From Candidatus Eiseniibacteriota bacterium (lineage in GTDB: Bacteria; Joyebacterota; Joyebacteria; Joyebacterales; Joyebacteraceae), in NCBI GenBank assembly GCA_043819135.1, contig JBDRFG010000107.1, positions 1 to 64,000 of the forward strand: 64,000 bases of DNA, given 5' to 3'. A program made the position numbers and the translations under genes. This document shows, piece by piece, positions 28,561 to 39,046 of this stretch (its first letter is position 1; the number at the start of each line of letters is the position of its first letter). The notes beneath the pieces are model-generated. The model saw only the letters and a program-made list of their open reading frames with translations, did no database searches and was not told the origin of the DNA.

Positions 28561-30489
28561 CTATCGCAGCAGGACGACCTTCCTCGCCTCGCGCCACTCC
28601 CCGACGGACGCCCGGCAGAAGTAGATGCCGGAGGCCGCGGGTGCGCCGTGACTGTCGCGTCCGTCCCAGACCACTCGATTCGCCCCCGCGGGCATGGAGC
28701 CCTCGGCGAGCGTCGTCACGAGCCGTCCTGAAACGTCGTAGATCTCGATCAGCGCCTGCTCCGCCGACGGGAGCGAGAACTCAAGCGACGTCTCGGCCGT
28801 GAACGGGTTGGGTGCGCCTGGACCGAGGGCCATGGTGAGCACCTGGTCGCCGGGGACCGAAGTCCCCTCCAGCACGTGTGCCTCGAGCGTGACGACAAGG
28901 ACATCAAGCTCAGACGCCCCTGTGACGGTCTGGTCGTCCCTGTTTGAGAACGTCAGCGTGGCCGTGTAGGTGCTGTCCTCTACCGCGCCCGCGCTGTCGA
29001 ACGCGAGCACGTACTCGCCCGGGTCATCCGCGAGCGTCATCGGGCTGAACCCTCCGACGAACGAGAAGCGCCCATCTCCCCCGACGATTGTCGCGTCGTG
29101 GACCTCAAGCAGTGCCTGGTTGCTGGAATATGTCTCGTTGTAGACGCTCAGCGTCTCACTGGAGAAAGCGCCCGCGTCGTGCGACCCGAAATCCAGGGTC
29201 GAATACAGGAGTATCGCCAGCTGCTCAAGCGAGGGGCTTGCGTGCTCGAGCACCCTGCCGGAGAGATTGACATACCAGGTGGGATCATCGAGGTCGTTCG
29301 ATGCTATCTCGAGATTCGCGAAGAAGTCTCCGGGGTCGCCGGTGCCCATCGTTATGATGTGGTCGTCGTCCCCGCTCGGCCCCAGCACGAACGCTCCGCT
29401 GGGCGCTCCGAAGCCACCGGACGCTGACATCGAATAGGACAGATCCTCGGCGGGAGCGGTCGCCACGTTCCCGACCGTCAGGATCTCCTCCGCGACCGTA
29501 TCTTCGATGTAGTCGCCGAAGTCGATGGCCGTAGCGGCGTCGATCTTCGCGGGAAGCTGAAGCTCCAGGAAGACCGGGAGATGGTCGGCGGCCGTGTAGA
29601 GCGCGTCTGCAACGGCGGCGCTCACTATCTCGTTCGGAGGATCATTGATGTCAAGATTGAGTCGCAGGCCGTCGTTCCCGAGGGGGACGTACGAGAAGTC
29701 GACATACGACAGCCCGACGTCGTCGTCCAGCGCGTACGACACCAGGGCGAAGTCGAACCGGTCGTCCATCCCGCCGCCCGTGCCGCTCCCGCCGTCAACG
29801 CGTGGAGACTGGGTGTGCGTGTGCCGGAGCGAGTAGTTGTCGTGCCAGGTGCCACCGATGTTGATCGGGTCCTTGCTCCGGCCGTCGTTGTCCACCTGGT
29901 AGCCGATCAGCATCTGGTACGAACCCTCGCTGCTCGACTGGATGTTGAAGTCACCCGTGACCATGAAGTTGCTGTCTGACGGATAGGCGTTCAGGTAGTT
30001 CCTGATGACGGTCGTCTCCTCAAGCCTCTCGGCCTGGTCTTCCGAGGACGAACCAGCCTTGAGGTGCGTCGAGAAGATAACGAACTCGGCCTCGGCGGAG
30101 TCGTAACCGACGGGACGAAACTTGTACCACATCGTATAGCGGACGCCGGTGTCGAGGTACCCGTGGTCCAGGGAGTTCAGGACGTCCGGCTTGAAGAAAC
30201 ACGCGTTGTCCGTGTCCGGACCGTTGATGAACGGCATCCACGTGTACTTGCCGGGCTCTGTGTAGTTGAGGATGTTGTCGCAGAAGATGTCGGTGGCCTG
30301 CCAGGACTCGATCTCCTGAACAACGATGAGGTCGGCATCTATCTCGTCCATGACGATCCGGAACGAGGCCTCTCTGGTAAGGTAGTCGTTGGGGAAGTTG
30401 AGTATGTTGTAGGTGCAGACCTTGATAGCGTGGGCGGGCTGTGCCCCGACCGCGAGCGCTACGGCTGCCGCGAGCAAAAGGAGCTTCAT
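28561..30489 (-). CDS. Secreted endonuclease/exonuclease/phosphatase with FlgD-Ig domain
   Basis: TYNILN, VQE, HLKA, GDFN, DRFD, DHLPV; tail PNPF...ASGIYF...VVLLR. Confidence 0.85.
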   Translation of the reverse strand: MKLLLLAAAVALAVGAQPAHAIKVCTYNILNFPNDYLTREASFRIVMDEIDADLIVVQEIESWQATDIFCDNILNYTEPGKYTWMPFINGPDTDNACFFKPDVLNSLDHGYLDTGVRYTMWYKFRPVGYDSAEAEFVIFSTHLKAGSSSEDQAERLEETTVIRNYLNAYPSDSNFMVTGDFNIQSSSEGSYQMLIGYQVDNDGRSKDPINIGGTWHDNYSLRHTHTQSPRVDGGSGTGGGMDDRFDFALVSYALDDDVGLSYVDFSYVPLGNDGLRLNLDINDPPNEIVSAAVADALYTAADHLPVFLELQLPAKIDAATAIDFGDYIEDTVAEEILTVGNVATAPAEDLSYSMSASGGFGAPSGAFVLGPSGDDDHIITMGTGDPGDFFANLEIASNDLDDPTWYVNLSGRVLEHASPSLEQLAILLYSTLDFGSHDAGAFSSETLSVYNETYSSNQALLEVHDATIVGGDGRFSFVGGFSPMTLADDPGEYVLAFDSAGAVEDSTYTATLTFSNRDDQTVTGASELDVLVVTLEAHVLEGTSVPGDQVLTMALGPGAPNPFTAETSLEFSLPSAEQALIEIYDVSGRLVTTLAEGSMPAGANRVVWDGRDSHGAPAASGIYFCRASVGEWREARKVVLLR

Positions 30490-30757
30490 TGGCGTCTGTC
30501 GCTTGAACAAGGGGTCCTCCTGTCGGTCCTGCCGCCGGGGGGGGCGGCTCAGCCAGTAATACCTCCCTATCTTCCATTGTAGCATAGATTTATCAATATC
30601 TCAAGTTCGGATACCGGCAGCTCCCGCGCTCCCGAGGTGGTCCGCCCGGAACGTGTCGCACCGCCGTTACTTGCACCCACCGGCGGCACACCCCCGCCCT
30701 CGCCGGCAGACCTCATTCGCTGGAGTGCCGGGATCCCGTCTGATAGAATCATCGGTC

Positions 30758-31387
30758 ATGAATTTCGGAGCGTTTCTGATTACTGCCATCCTCATCTCGC
30801 TCTCGGGCGTCATGGCGCCGGGTCCCCTGACGGTCGTCGTCGTCGGCAAGGGCGCGAAGTCCCCGCGCGCGGGAGCACTCATCGCGCTCGGTCACGGCGC
30901 CATCGAGTTTCCGCTGATGGCCCTCATCGTGCTGGGGCTGGGGCCGTTCTTCCAGCACAAGGCATTCGCCACGTCCGTCGGCCTGGCCGGAGGCGGAGTG
31001 CTCCTGTGGATGGCGGCGGGGCTCCTGCTCTCTCTCCGACGCGGCAGCGCCGAGGGAGCCGGCCCGGAACGAATGCACGGCGCCTCCCCCTTCATGGCCG
31101 GCGTGCTCATGACCGGAGGGAATCCCTACTTCATCATATGGTGGGCAACTGTAGGAGCCACGCTCGTGTTCAGAGCCTGGAGCTACGGTGTGTGGCAGTT
31201 CGCCGTGTTCGCCGTGATCCACTGGTCGCTCGACCTCATCTGGTACTTCTTCCTGTCCTCGGCAGCGTTCAAGGGGACAAAACTCCTTGGAGACCGCTTC
31301 CTCAAGGGCATCAGCCTGCTCGCCGGCCTCATGCTGCTCTACTTCGGAGTGCGGTTCCTGAGCGATGCGCTCGTGAACCTGCTCTGA
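30758..31387 (+). CDS. LysE-family translocator
   Basis: SGVMAPGPL, GHG, NPYFIIWW. Confidence 0.85.
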   Translation: MNFGAFLITAILISLSGVMAPGPLTVVVVGKGAKSPRAGALIALGHGAIEFPLMALIVLGLGPFFQHKAFATSVGLAGGGVLLWMAAGLLLSLRRGSAEGAGPERMHGASPFMAGVLMTGGNPYFIIWWATVGATLVFRAWSYGVWQFAVFAVIHWSLDLIWYFFLSSAAFKGTKLLGDRFLKGISLLAGLMLLYFGVRFLSDALVNLL

Positions 31388-31526
31388 CGGACCTCTCGGG
31401 ATTCCCTCAGACCAAACCGGCCCACCCGGCGCCGACCGATTCCCCTATCTTCGCGTCTCTTGCTATGTTACAATAATAATGATTAACAAGAACAGCTGGG
31501 AAACGGGCAAGCGGAGGTCTGTGTCG

Positions 31527-34190
31527 ATGAGGCGACGCTCATTTGGACGTACATCGGTGATGGCCGCGGCACTCTCGGCAGTGCTGCTTCTCCTGGTACC
31601 GACCGCGGGACTGCAGGCGAAGTCCCTGGCGGAGGAACTCGAGGGGGACGACTTCCTGCCCATCGGCATGACGGCGGAAGAGCTCCTGATGCTCGACCGG
31701 ATCGGCGAACGCCACCGCGCCACGCCTCCGGCGACCGGCCCCGTGAGGAACCCAGGCGAGTTCGAGCCGATGACGGGCGTCATCGTGCGCTACCCGTGGG
31801 GCAACCCGACCAGCCTCCTCGCCGAGTACGCCGAGGACGTGACGCTCTGGGTCATCGTCGAGGACGCGGGTGACCAGTCGGCCGCCACGAGCGACCTCAC
31901 GAGCGCCGGAGCCAACATGGCCCACGTCGACTGGATCTTCGCGCCGACCAACAGCATCTGGACACGCGACTACGGCCCGTGGTTCCTCATCGACGGGAAT
32001 GGTGAGCAGGGCATAAACGACCACATCTACAATCGACCGAGACCGCAGGACGACCTCATCCCGAGCGTCATCGGTACTGACTGGGGCATTCCGGTGTACG
32101 GAATGGACCTGGAAGCGACGGGCGGCAACTACATGACCGACGGGCGCGGCGTCTCCATGTCGACTCGCCTCACGCTCGACGAGAACACAGGGTTCACGAC
32201 CGCGGAGATCGATTCGATCATGAACGCGTATCTGGGCATCGAGCAGTTCCACTGGCTCCCCTACATCGAATCCGGCGGCATCCACCATATCGATTGCTGG
32301 GCGAAGTTCCTTGGCCCGGAGAAGATCCTGCTGAGGGAGGTCCCGTCGGGACACTCGGCCTACGCCGCGATCGAGAGCAACTGTGCCTACCTGTCATCGA
32401 TCACGAGCAGCTACGGCCGTCCCTACGAGATCGTGCGCGTCTACACGCCGAACAACGAACCCTACACGAACTCCATAATCATCAATGACAAGGTGTTCGT
32501 GCCGCAGTACGGCACGACGTGGGACGACGACGCGCTCCAGACCTATGGCGATGCGATGCCGGGCTATGAGGTACTGGGCTACACGGGCTCATGGCTCTCG
32601 GACGACGCCATCCACTGTCGTGCGATGGGCGTGACCGACCGCTACATGCTCTACATCGACCACGTGCCGCTCCCCGACAGCCCGAGCACGATTGACGACT
32701 ACCGGGTCGAGGCCGACATCATCGACGGGAGCGAGACCGGACTCATCGCCGACTCGCTCGTCGTCTACTGGGAGACGGACAGCGCTCCCGGCTTCGCGCC
32801 CATCGTGATGACCGTGGACTCGCGGGCCGGCAGCTACTACGCCGAGATACCGGCGCAGAGCCTTGGCACGGTGGTCTCCTACTACATCCACGCCGCGGAC
32901 CAGTCGGGGCGCAGCGAGTCCCACCCGTACATCGGGCGCGCGGACGCGCACTCGTTCGAGATAGTAGTGGACACCGAGTCCCCGTCCGTCGTCCACACAC
33001 CCCTGACGGACATCACGGCTGGCCAGTGGCCGCCGACGACCTCGGCCGAGGTCATCGACAACACCGTTGTCAGCACGGTGACACTCCAGTCGTGGATCAA
33101 CGGCGCGCCTCAGACAGACGTCGCGATGACACGCGTGGGAACGAGCGGAACTTTCGAGGGCTCGTTCACGGGCACGGCCGTTGCCGGTGACGCGGTGACG
33201 TACAGGATCGTGGCTGAAGACGGCGCAAACCCGCCTAACATCGCATACGAGCCTCCGGCCGGCACTCACGCATTCGACGTGCTCGACGCCATAGCCTGCG
33301 TCATCTGGGAGCCGGACCCGTCGCCTTCGTCCGGTGCGGCGATCGCGACCATCCTCGATGCGAAGGACATCAGCTACGACTACACGACCGACATGCCCGA
33401 CTTCGGCCAGTACTCGGCGGCCTTCATCTGCCTCGGCGTCTACTCCCAGAACGTTTCGCTTTCTGCCGCGCAGGCCAACGCTCTTGTCGCGTATCTGGAC
33501 GCGGGTGGCAACGCCTACATGGAGGGTGGAGAATGCTGGGCCTACGACTCGACCAAGAGCATCTACAACCCCTACTTCGGTATCAACGGGACCCTGGACG
33601 GGAGCGGCGACCTCTACACGGTCCTGGGCGTGGACGGCACGATGTGCGAGGGCATGAGCCTCGCGTATTCCGGACCCAACAGCTCCATAGACCATGTCGA
33701 GCCATTGACCGGCGCGACGAAAATACTCAAGAACTCCGGCGACCAGGCGGGCTGCGGCGTCTCTCACGACAGCGGCGCGTACAAGACTGTCGGGTTCTCG
33801 TTCGAGTTCGGGGGTCTGACGGACGGAGCGTCGCCGTCGACGAAGGACGACCTTCTCACTGAGATCCTGGTCTTCTTCGGGCTGACCCAGACCGGCGTCG
33901 ACGACGGCGTCTTCGCCTTCAGACTCGAGCAGAACCGGCCGAATCCGTTCAACCCCGTGACCACGCTGGCCTTCGAGCTTCCGGCTTCTGGGCGCGTTGA
34001 GCTCCGTGTCTACAACGCGGCCGGCAAGCGCGTGGCCACGCTCATCGACGGACGCGCGGAGGCAGGCAGGCGGAGCGTCTCGTGGCGCGGCCTCGACGAC
34101 GGCGGCAGGCCCGTCGCCAGCGGCGTCTACTTCTTCCGGCTGACGCATGACGGCGAGACGGTCTCGCGGAAGGGCGTGCTCCTCAAGTAG
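31527..34190 (+). CDS. Secreted agmatine/peptidylarginine deiminase-family protein with FlgD-Ig domain
   Basis: GEFEP, WTRDYGP, GGN, HID, YTN, AIHC; signal peptide; tail NPFNP...ASGVYF...VLLK. Confidence 0.85.
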   Translation: MRRRSFGRTSVMAAALSAVLLLLVPTAGLQAKSLAEELEGDDFLPIGMTAEELLMLDRIGERHRATPPATGPVRNPGEFEPMTGVIVRYPWGNPTSLLAEYAEDVTLWVIVEDAGDQSAATSDLTSAGANMAHVDWIFAPTNSIWTRDYGPWFLIDGNGEQGINDHIYNRPRPQDDLIPSVIGTDWGIPVYGMDLEATGGNYMTDGRGVSMSTRLTLDENTGFTTAEIDSIMNAYLGIEQFHWLPYIESGGIHHIDCWAKFLGPEKILLREVPSGHSAYAAIESNCAYLSSITSSYGRPYEIVRVYTPNNEPYTNSIIINDKVFVPQYGTTWDDDALQTYGDAMPGYEVLGYTGSWLSDDAIHCRAMGVTDRYMLYIDHVPLPDSPSTIDDYRVEADIIDGSETGLIADSLVVYWETDSAPGFAPIVMTVDSRAGSYYAEIPAQSLGTVVSYYIHAADQSGRSESHPYIGRADAHSFEIVVDTESPSVVHTPLTDITAGQWPPTTSAEVIDNTVVSTVTLQSWINGAPQTDVAMTRVGTSGTFEGSFTGTAVAGDAVTYRIVAEDGANPPNIAYEPPAGTHAFDVLDAIACVIWEPDPSPSSGAAIATILDAKDISYDYTTDMPDFGQYSAAFICLGVYSQNVSLSAAQANALVAYLDAGGNAYMEGGECWAYDSTKSIYNPYFGINGTLDGSGDLYTVLGVDGTMCEGMSLAYSGPNSSIDHVEPLTGATKILKNSGDQAGCGVSHDSGAYKTVGFSFEFGGLTDGASPSTKDDLLTEILVFFGLTQTGVDDGVFAFRLEQNRPNPFNPVTTLAFELPASGRVELRVYNAAGKRVATLIDGRAEAGRRSVSWRGLDDGGRPVASGVYFFRLTHDGETVSRKGVLLK

Positions 34191-34254
34191 CACAGCGGGC
34201 GGCGGAGGGCCATCGATTCGCCGAGCCGGCCACCCGCCCGAAGCCAGAGCAAGC

Positions 34255-34298
34255 AGTGAGAGCGAGCGCGGCAGGGCAATGCCGCGCTCGCTCTCACT
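34255..34298. repeat. Perfect 19-bp hairpin
   Basis: AGTGAGAGCGAGCGCGGCA-GGGCAA-TGCCGCGCTCGCTCTCACT. Confidence 0.7.
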
Positions 34299-34584
34299 CG
34301 TGGGACCCGAACCGAGCGTCAACTACGTTGACGGAGCCGACGCGCCGCCGTGGCGTCTTCGCCGACAGCCGGGCCGTTCCGCATCCGGCACGGTCTTTCC
34401 ACCTTGGCGGCCGACCGCGGGAGCGGGCGAACCCCCGCCGCGCGCGGGAGATGTATTGAGGCGCCCGAATGTGAGACGATGGACGCTGGTCCGCCGCCAT
34501 GGCCAGCCGAGCGGTCACCTGCGGCCCAGACGCTGGCGGAGCACCAGATGTATCCCGAGACTCCCCCGGAACGGAGATGACACG

Positions 34585-36756
34585 ATGACAGTGCGAGGCG
34601 CGTTGCTTTCCTGCACGGCCGCCGCTGTGCTCCTGTGCCCGCAGCCGGCCCTCCCAGACGACGGCGCCCGGTACGACAACACGTTCATGAAAGACTTCAT
34701 CATGGACGCGCCGTGGAGGGTAACCGACGCGGCCACGGCCATCCCCCTAACCATCGTCCTCAAGGACTGCGACGCGGACGACATCCGCGAGCTGCACTGG
34801 ATACGTTGCTGGGACGTGACGTCGGGAGAGACCATCCTCTGGGATCACGACTTCGGCGACGAGACTATCGGCAACGACGAGTACGAGTCGAACTTCTGGA
34901 CCTACATCACGACGGTAACGGAGGGACATCCTTCGCTTGCGAACGGCACGCTCCTGACGCCGGCGAACCTGGGATACGGACCGGGGGACGACATAGATCT
35001 CAAGGTCAGCATCTACTACAAGGACGACTGGTTCAACTACACCGAGACGCGCTACCTGAGAGTTCGGGTCGGCCGCGGCGCCTACCCATGGCCCGAGGGG
35101 TGGTACGGCGGGGACACCCACTACCACACCATGTACACGAACAACATCGCGGAGTTCGGCGCGCCGCTCCCCGCGGTCGCGATGACCGCGGAGGCCATGG
35201 GGCTCCACTGGCTCACGACGACCGACCACTCCTGCGACCTTGACGAAACCGGTGACGGCTCCTTCTCATACGCGACAACGCACTGGGAGTACACTGTCCA
35301 GGACGAATCCGGCAGCCAAGCGGTCTACCGCGACAACACCGCGTTCGGTTCGGCCTGGAACGCGCTGGGCGACGACGTCGCGCAGTTCGACTCACCGAGC
35401 GTCAGGCTCTACCGCGCGGTGGAACTCAACTCCTCGTCCATCGACGCGGGCTCCTACGAGAAGACGCTACACGGCCTCTTCTACAACGACGCCTACATCT
35501 CGTCTCCTCTGAGCGGGGCGATAGGCGAGCGCCCGGTAACGCCGACGCTGCCCTCGGCCCTCTCGCAGCTCTCAGTAGGAGGGTTCGCGTACGCCGCCCA
35601 CCCGGTATCGGACATGGGCGCCGAGTGGGGCGGCATCGACTGGACAGTGAACGGAACGACGTGGGGCGACGAGGACATCGCGACTGCCTTGGGGTACGAG
35701 GTCTTCCGCGGGCTTGAGGCGTTCAACACGCGCGCGACGCGCTACTCGTCCGACCAGAACAACCCCTGGTCTGACTTCGACTCGGGGGTTCTGCCGGACA
35801 ACCCTTACCCCGACGAACTGCTGCAGGGTGTAGCACTCTGGGACGACTGCCTCCGGGCCAACCTGAGTCCCGTTCGAAAGGTGTTCTTCGCGGGCGGTAG
35901 CGACGCGCACGGCGACTTCAACTACGGCGCCTTCCTGAGCCTGGACAACTACGCCACCGATAACGCCATCGGCAAGGTACAGACCGTCGTCTTCGTGCCG
36001 GGCCCATACGGTCCGGGCAACCTCCCGCCGATGTCCGAGATCCTGGCCGCGTACCGGGCCGGCCGCTCCGTGGTGACCGACGGGCCGTTCGTGGAGATCG
36101 GAGTGGACGGTAACTGCGACGGGGACTTCAGCGACCCTGACGACCTGATGGTGGGTGACGACGTGAGCGGACCGTCGGCCGCCGCTCTGCCCATGACCCT
36201 TCGCTGGGCGTCGAGCGCGGACTTCGGACCGGTGACGTCCGTCGAGATCCTCATCGGCAGTGCGGCCGGCACGACGACTCTCCTCTCCCTGAGCCCAAGC
36301 GCGTTCGGAGAGGGCTTCTCCGGTGAGCGAGTAGTGGACCTCGGAACCTACGGGCTCGCGGGACCTCGCTACTTCCGCGCTGAGTGTCTGACCGACCGCG
36401 GCGACGACGTGTTCCGCGCATACTCGAACCCGATCTGGGTCACGTTCGACGGCACGTCGGTCGCTGAAAGTGGCGCCGAGACCACCCTCAGTGTCTCTCT
36501 GGCGCGGAACCCATCCTGGGGAGAGATGTCTTTCGATCTCGTCCTTCCCACCCCCGGCCGGGCGCTCCTGAGCATCCACGACGTTTCGGGGCGTCTGGTC
36601 AAGAGCCTCGGCACGGATTGGGTCCCCGCCGGCTCCCTGAGTGTGACGTGGGACGGAACCGACAGCAGCGGAAGGCCCGTCGCATCCGGAGTCTACCTGG
36701 CGCGCCTGGGCGCCTCGGACGGAGCCGCTGTCGCTAAGTGCGTGCTCCTGCGCTAG
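34585..36756 (+). CDS. Secreted PHP-like (CehA/McbA-type) metallohydrolase with FlgD-Ig domain
   Basis: GDTHYHT, TTDH, AAHP, GSDAH, AYSNPIW; tail WDG...ASGVY...VLLR. Confidence 0.75.
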   Translation: MTVRGALLSCTAAAVLLCPQPALPDDGARYDNTFMKDFIMDAPWRVTDAATAIPLTIVLKDCDADDIRELHWIRCWDVTSGETILWDHDFGDETIGNDEYESNFWTYITTVTEGHPSLANGTLLTPANLGYGPGDDIDLKVSIYYKDDWFNYTETRYLRVRVGRGAYPWPEGWYGGDTHYHTMYTNNIAEFGAPLPAVAMTAEAMGLHWLTTTDHSCDLDETGDGSFSYATTHWEYTVQDESGSQAVYRDNTAFGSAWNALGDDVAQFDSPSVRLYRAVELNSSSIDAGSYEKTLHGLFYNDAYISSPLSGAIGERPVTPTLPSALSQLSVGGFAYAAHPVSDMGAEWGGIDWTVNGTTWGDEDIATALGYEVFRGLEAFNTRATRYSSDQNNPWSDFDSGVLPDNPYPDELLQGVALWDDCLRANLSPVRKVFFAGGSDAHGDFNYGAFLSLDNYATDNAIGKVQTVVFVPGPYGPGNLPPMSEILAAYRAGRSVVTDGPFVEIGVDGNCDGDFSDPDDLMVGDDVSGPSAAALPMTLRWASSADFGPVTSVEILIGSAAGTTTLLSLSPSAFGEGFSGERVVDLGTYGLAGPRYFRAECLTDRGDDVFRAYSNPIWVTFDGTSVAESGAETTLSVSLARNPSWGEMSFDLVLPTPGRALLSIHDVSGRLVKSLGTDWVPAGSLSVTWDGTDSSGRPVASGVYLARLGASDGAAVAKCVLLR

Positions 36757-37033
36757 CGGGAAGCCACAAATCAGCCCTTGTCACGCGAAGCCCTCGCTTG
36801 TTACCATCATAACACATATCCGTCCGACACCGCTGTGTCATGGCCGGCAACAGCCAGCAATGAGCCGATATCGTATCTCATTGGCGCGAACCTGAGGCAG
36901 TTCGCCGGAATGGCGTAGTGGAAGTTCGCCAGATTCTGGCGAGTGGGAAACGGGCTCATCCTCGCTGGGGGGGCGGGCCTAGATGGGTCGCATCGGTGGC
37001 GGCACGGCGCCACGCGGACGGAGGCAGCCACGC

Positions 37034-37756
37034 ATGACTCTCGACGTGATCATTCCGATCTACAACGAGGAGGACACCCTCGCGGAGCTGCTCGAGAAGG
37101 TGCTCGCGAGCCCCCTCCGTCCCACTGTCATAGCTGTGAACGACGGGTCGTCCGACAGCACGCCCGAGATCCTCAGGCACTACGGCAACAGAGAGAGGAT
37201 CCGCTTCGCGTCGCACGAGCGGAACCTCGGGAAGGGGGCGGCCGTCAGAACCGGGATCGGCATGGCCACCGGAGACGTCGTCCTCGTGCAGGATGCCGAC
37301 CTCGAGTACGACCCGGACGACTTCAGCAGCATCCTCGAGCCGTTCGAGGACCCCGACGTCATGGTCGTCTACGGTTCCAGGAGACTGAACCCCACCAACA
37401 AGCGCTGCTCCCGGATGTTCCTTCTCGGGGGCGCGTCGCTCACCTGGCTGACGAACCTGCTCTACGGCACGGGAATCACGGACGAGCCGACGTGCTACAA
37501 GGCATTCCGCAGGGAGCTGCTGCAATCGCTTCCCCTTCGCTGCATGGGGTTCGAGTTTTGCCCTGAGGTCACGGCCCTCGTGGCCAGAAGAGGAATACGC
37601 ATTCGGGAGGTGCCGATCAGGTACAATCCAAGGTCGCGAGCAGAGGGGAAGAAGATCGGGCTGAGCGATTGGTTCCGGGCGGTCCTCACATTGCTGCGGT
37701 ACCGCCTCCTCCCGGAGAGCTCCATCGCGGCGAGGCCGGCCGGGCAGAGAGGCTAG
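37034..37756 (+). CDS. GT2 glycosyltransferase (DPM1-like)
   Basis: IIPIYNEE, NDGSSD, NLGKGAA, QDADLEY. Confidence 0.9.
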   Translation: MTLDVIIPIYNEEDTLAELLEKVLASPLRPTVIAVNDGSSDSTPEILRHYGNRERIRFASHERNLGKGAAVRTGIGMATGDVVLVQDADLEYDPDDFSSILEPFEDPDVMVVYGSRRLNPTNKRCSRMFLLGGASLTWLTNLLYGTGITDEPTCYKAFRRELLQSLPLRCMGFEFCPEVTALVARRGIRIREVPIRYNPRSRAEGKKIGLSDWFRAVLTLLRYRLLPESSIAARPAGQRG

Positions 37757-38961
37757 CCGTCCGCCATCTCGACGAGCCGCGCGGCAACGGACTTACCCAA
37801 TTCCCGGCACTCGTTCAGGTCCTTCTCGTCAGGGACGAACTGCACGCGCAGTCCCTCGGACACGAGTTCGACCTTCATCTTCTCGAAGATGGCGTTGATC
37901 TGCGCGACTCCCTCTCCGCTCCATCCGTACGATCCGAAGGCCGCCCCGACGAGATTCCTCGGGCGCAGCCCCTGGAGGTAGAGGAAGACGTCACCGAGAC
38001 TGGGAAACATGTTGTTGTTGATGGTCGGCGTCCCCACCAGGAGCGCGCCCGCCTCGAGAAGCTCCGCCGCAACGTCGCTGCGATGACTCACCTTAAGAGG
38101 AACGAGGCTGGGTCGCGCGCCACCGGCAGCGAGCCCGTCAGCGATCGCCCGCGCCATCTTCGCCGTGCTGCCCCACATCGTGTCGTAGACGACCACGGCC
38201 TTGAGCGTCGGCTTCTGCTCGGACCACTTCTCGTAGTTCTCGACGGCCATATTGAACTTGCTTCTCCAGATCGGCCCGTGGTCCGGTGCGACCAGCTTGA
38301 ACGGGAGATTCAGTTCCTTGACGCGAGCCAGCAGCTTCTTCACCATCGGCGAGTACGGCATGAGAATGTTGGCGTAGTACTTCGCGGCCTCGTCGTAGAG
38401 CACGCCCTCGTCGACTCCATCGTCGAAGCGCTCCGTCGAGGCCAGGTGCATCCCGAACGCGTCCTGCGAGAACAGCACCTCGTCCGCCGTAAGGTAGGTG
38501 AACATGCTGTCCGGCCAGTGAAGCATGCGGGTCTCGAGAAACTGGAGTTCGACATCGCCGAGGCTCAACGTGCCTCCATCCTCGACGGGCGTGACATCGA
38601 AACGTCCGTGGAAGTGGCTTTGCAGGGCCTTGACCCCCATCTTTGACGCGAACACATGCTCCGGCTGAATCAGATCCACGACCTCGGGCAAACAGCCCGA
38701 GTGATCCATCTCCGCGTGGTTCGACACGATGATACTGATGTCTGAGGGATCGACGACAGACGCGATACGCGCAAGAAGTTCGTCCCTGAACGGGGCCTTG
38801 ACGGTGTCGATCAGCGTGACCTTGTCCGCGAGAATCAGATAGGCGTTGTAGGTGGTCCCGCGGTCGGTCGCGTACCCGTGGAAGTCACGGATCTCCCAAT
38901 CGACCGCTCCGACCCAGTAGACGTGCTCGCTGATCTTCACCGCGCCGAACGACGTCAGCAT
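37753..38961 (-). CDS. fprA: Flavodiiron protein (A-type flavoprotein)
   Basis: GTTYNAY, NHAEMDHSG, LHWPD, PDHG, flavodoxin domain TMWGST/GSYGWSG. Confidence 0.92.
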   Translation of the reverse strand: MLTSFGAVKISEHVYWVGAVDWEIRDFHGYATDRGTTYNAYLILADKVTLIDTVKAPFRDELLARIASVVDPSDISIIVSNHAEMDHSGCLPEVVDLIQPEHVFASKMGVKALQSHFHGRFDVTPVEDGGTLSLGDVELQFLETRMLHWPDSMFTYLTADEVLFSQDAFGMHLASTERFDDGVDEGVLYDEAAKYYANILMPYSPMVKKLLARVKELNLPFKLVAPDHGPIWRSKFNMAVENYEKWSEQKPTLKAVVVYDTMWGSTAKMARAIADGLAAGGARPSLVPLKVSHRSDVAAELLEAGALLVGTPTINNNMFPSLGDVFLYLQGLRPRNLVGAAFGSYGWSGEGVAQINAIFEKMKVELVSEGLRVQFVPDEKDLNECRELGKSVAARLVEMADG

Positions 38962-39046
38962 CTGTTGCTCCTCCCCCTTGGAGTCCTGGCCCTCGTCCGA
39001 GTTCGCCGGCGGCGTGTAGACGCGCCCGCCCAGCTCTCTATATGTA

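Noticed and set aside
34317..34333. GTCAACTAC as an IS200/IS605 end or omega-RNA start
   Set aside because: Match is too short and there is no tnpA, tnpB or iscB nearby.
34147..34584. Long N-terminal extension of the PHP-domain ORF
   Set aside because: Arg/Pro-rich non-coding-like translation that overlaps the upstream gene and the hairpin; the RBS and signal peptide point to a start at 34585.
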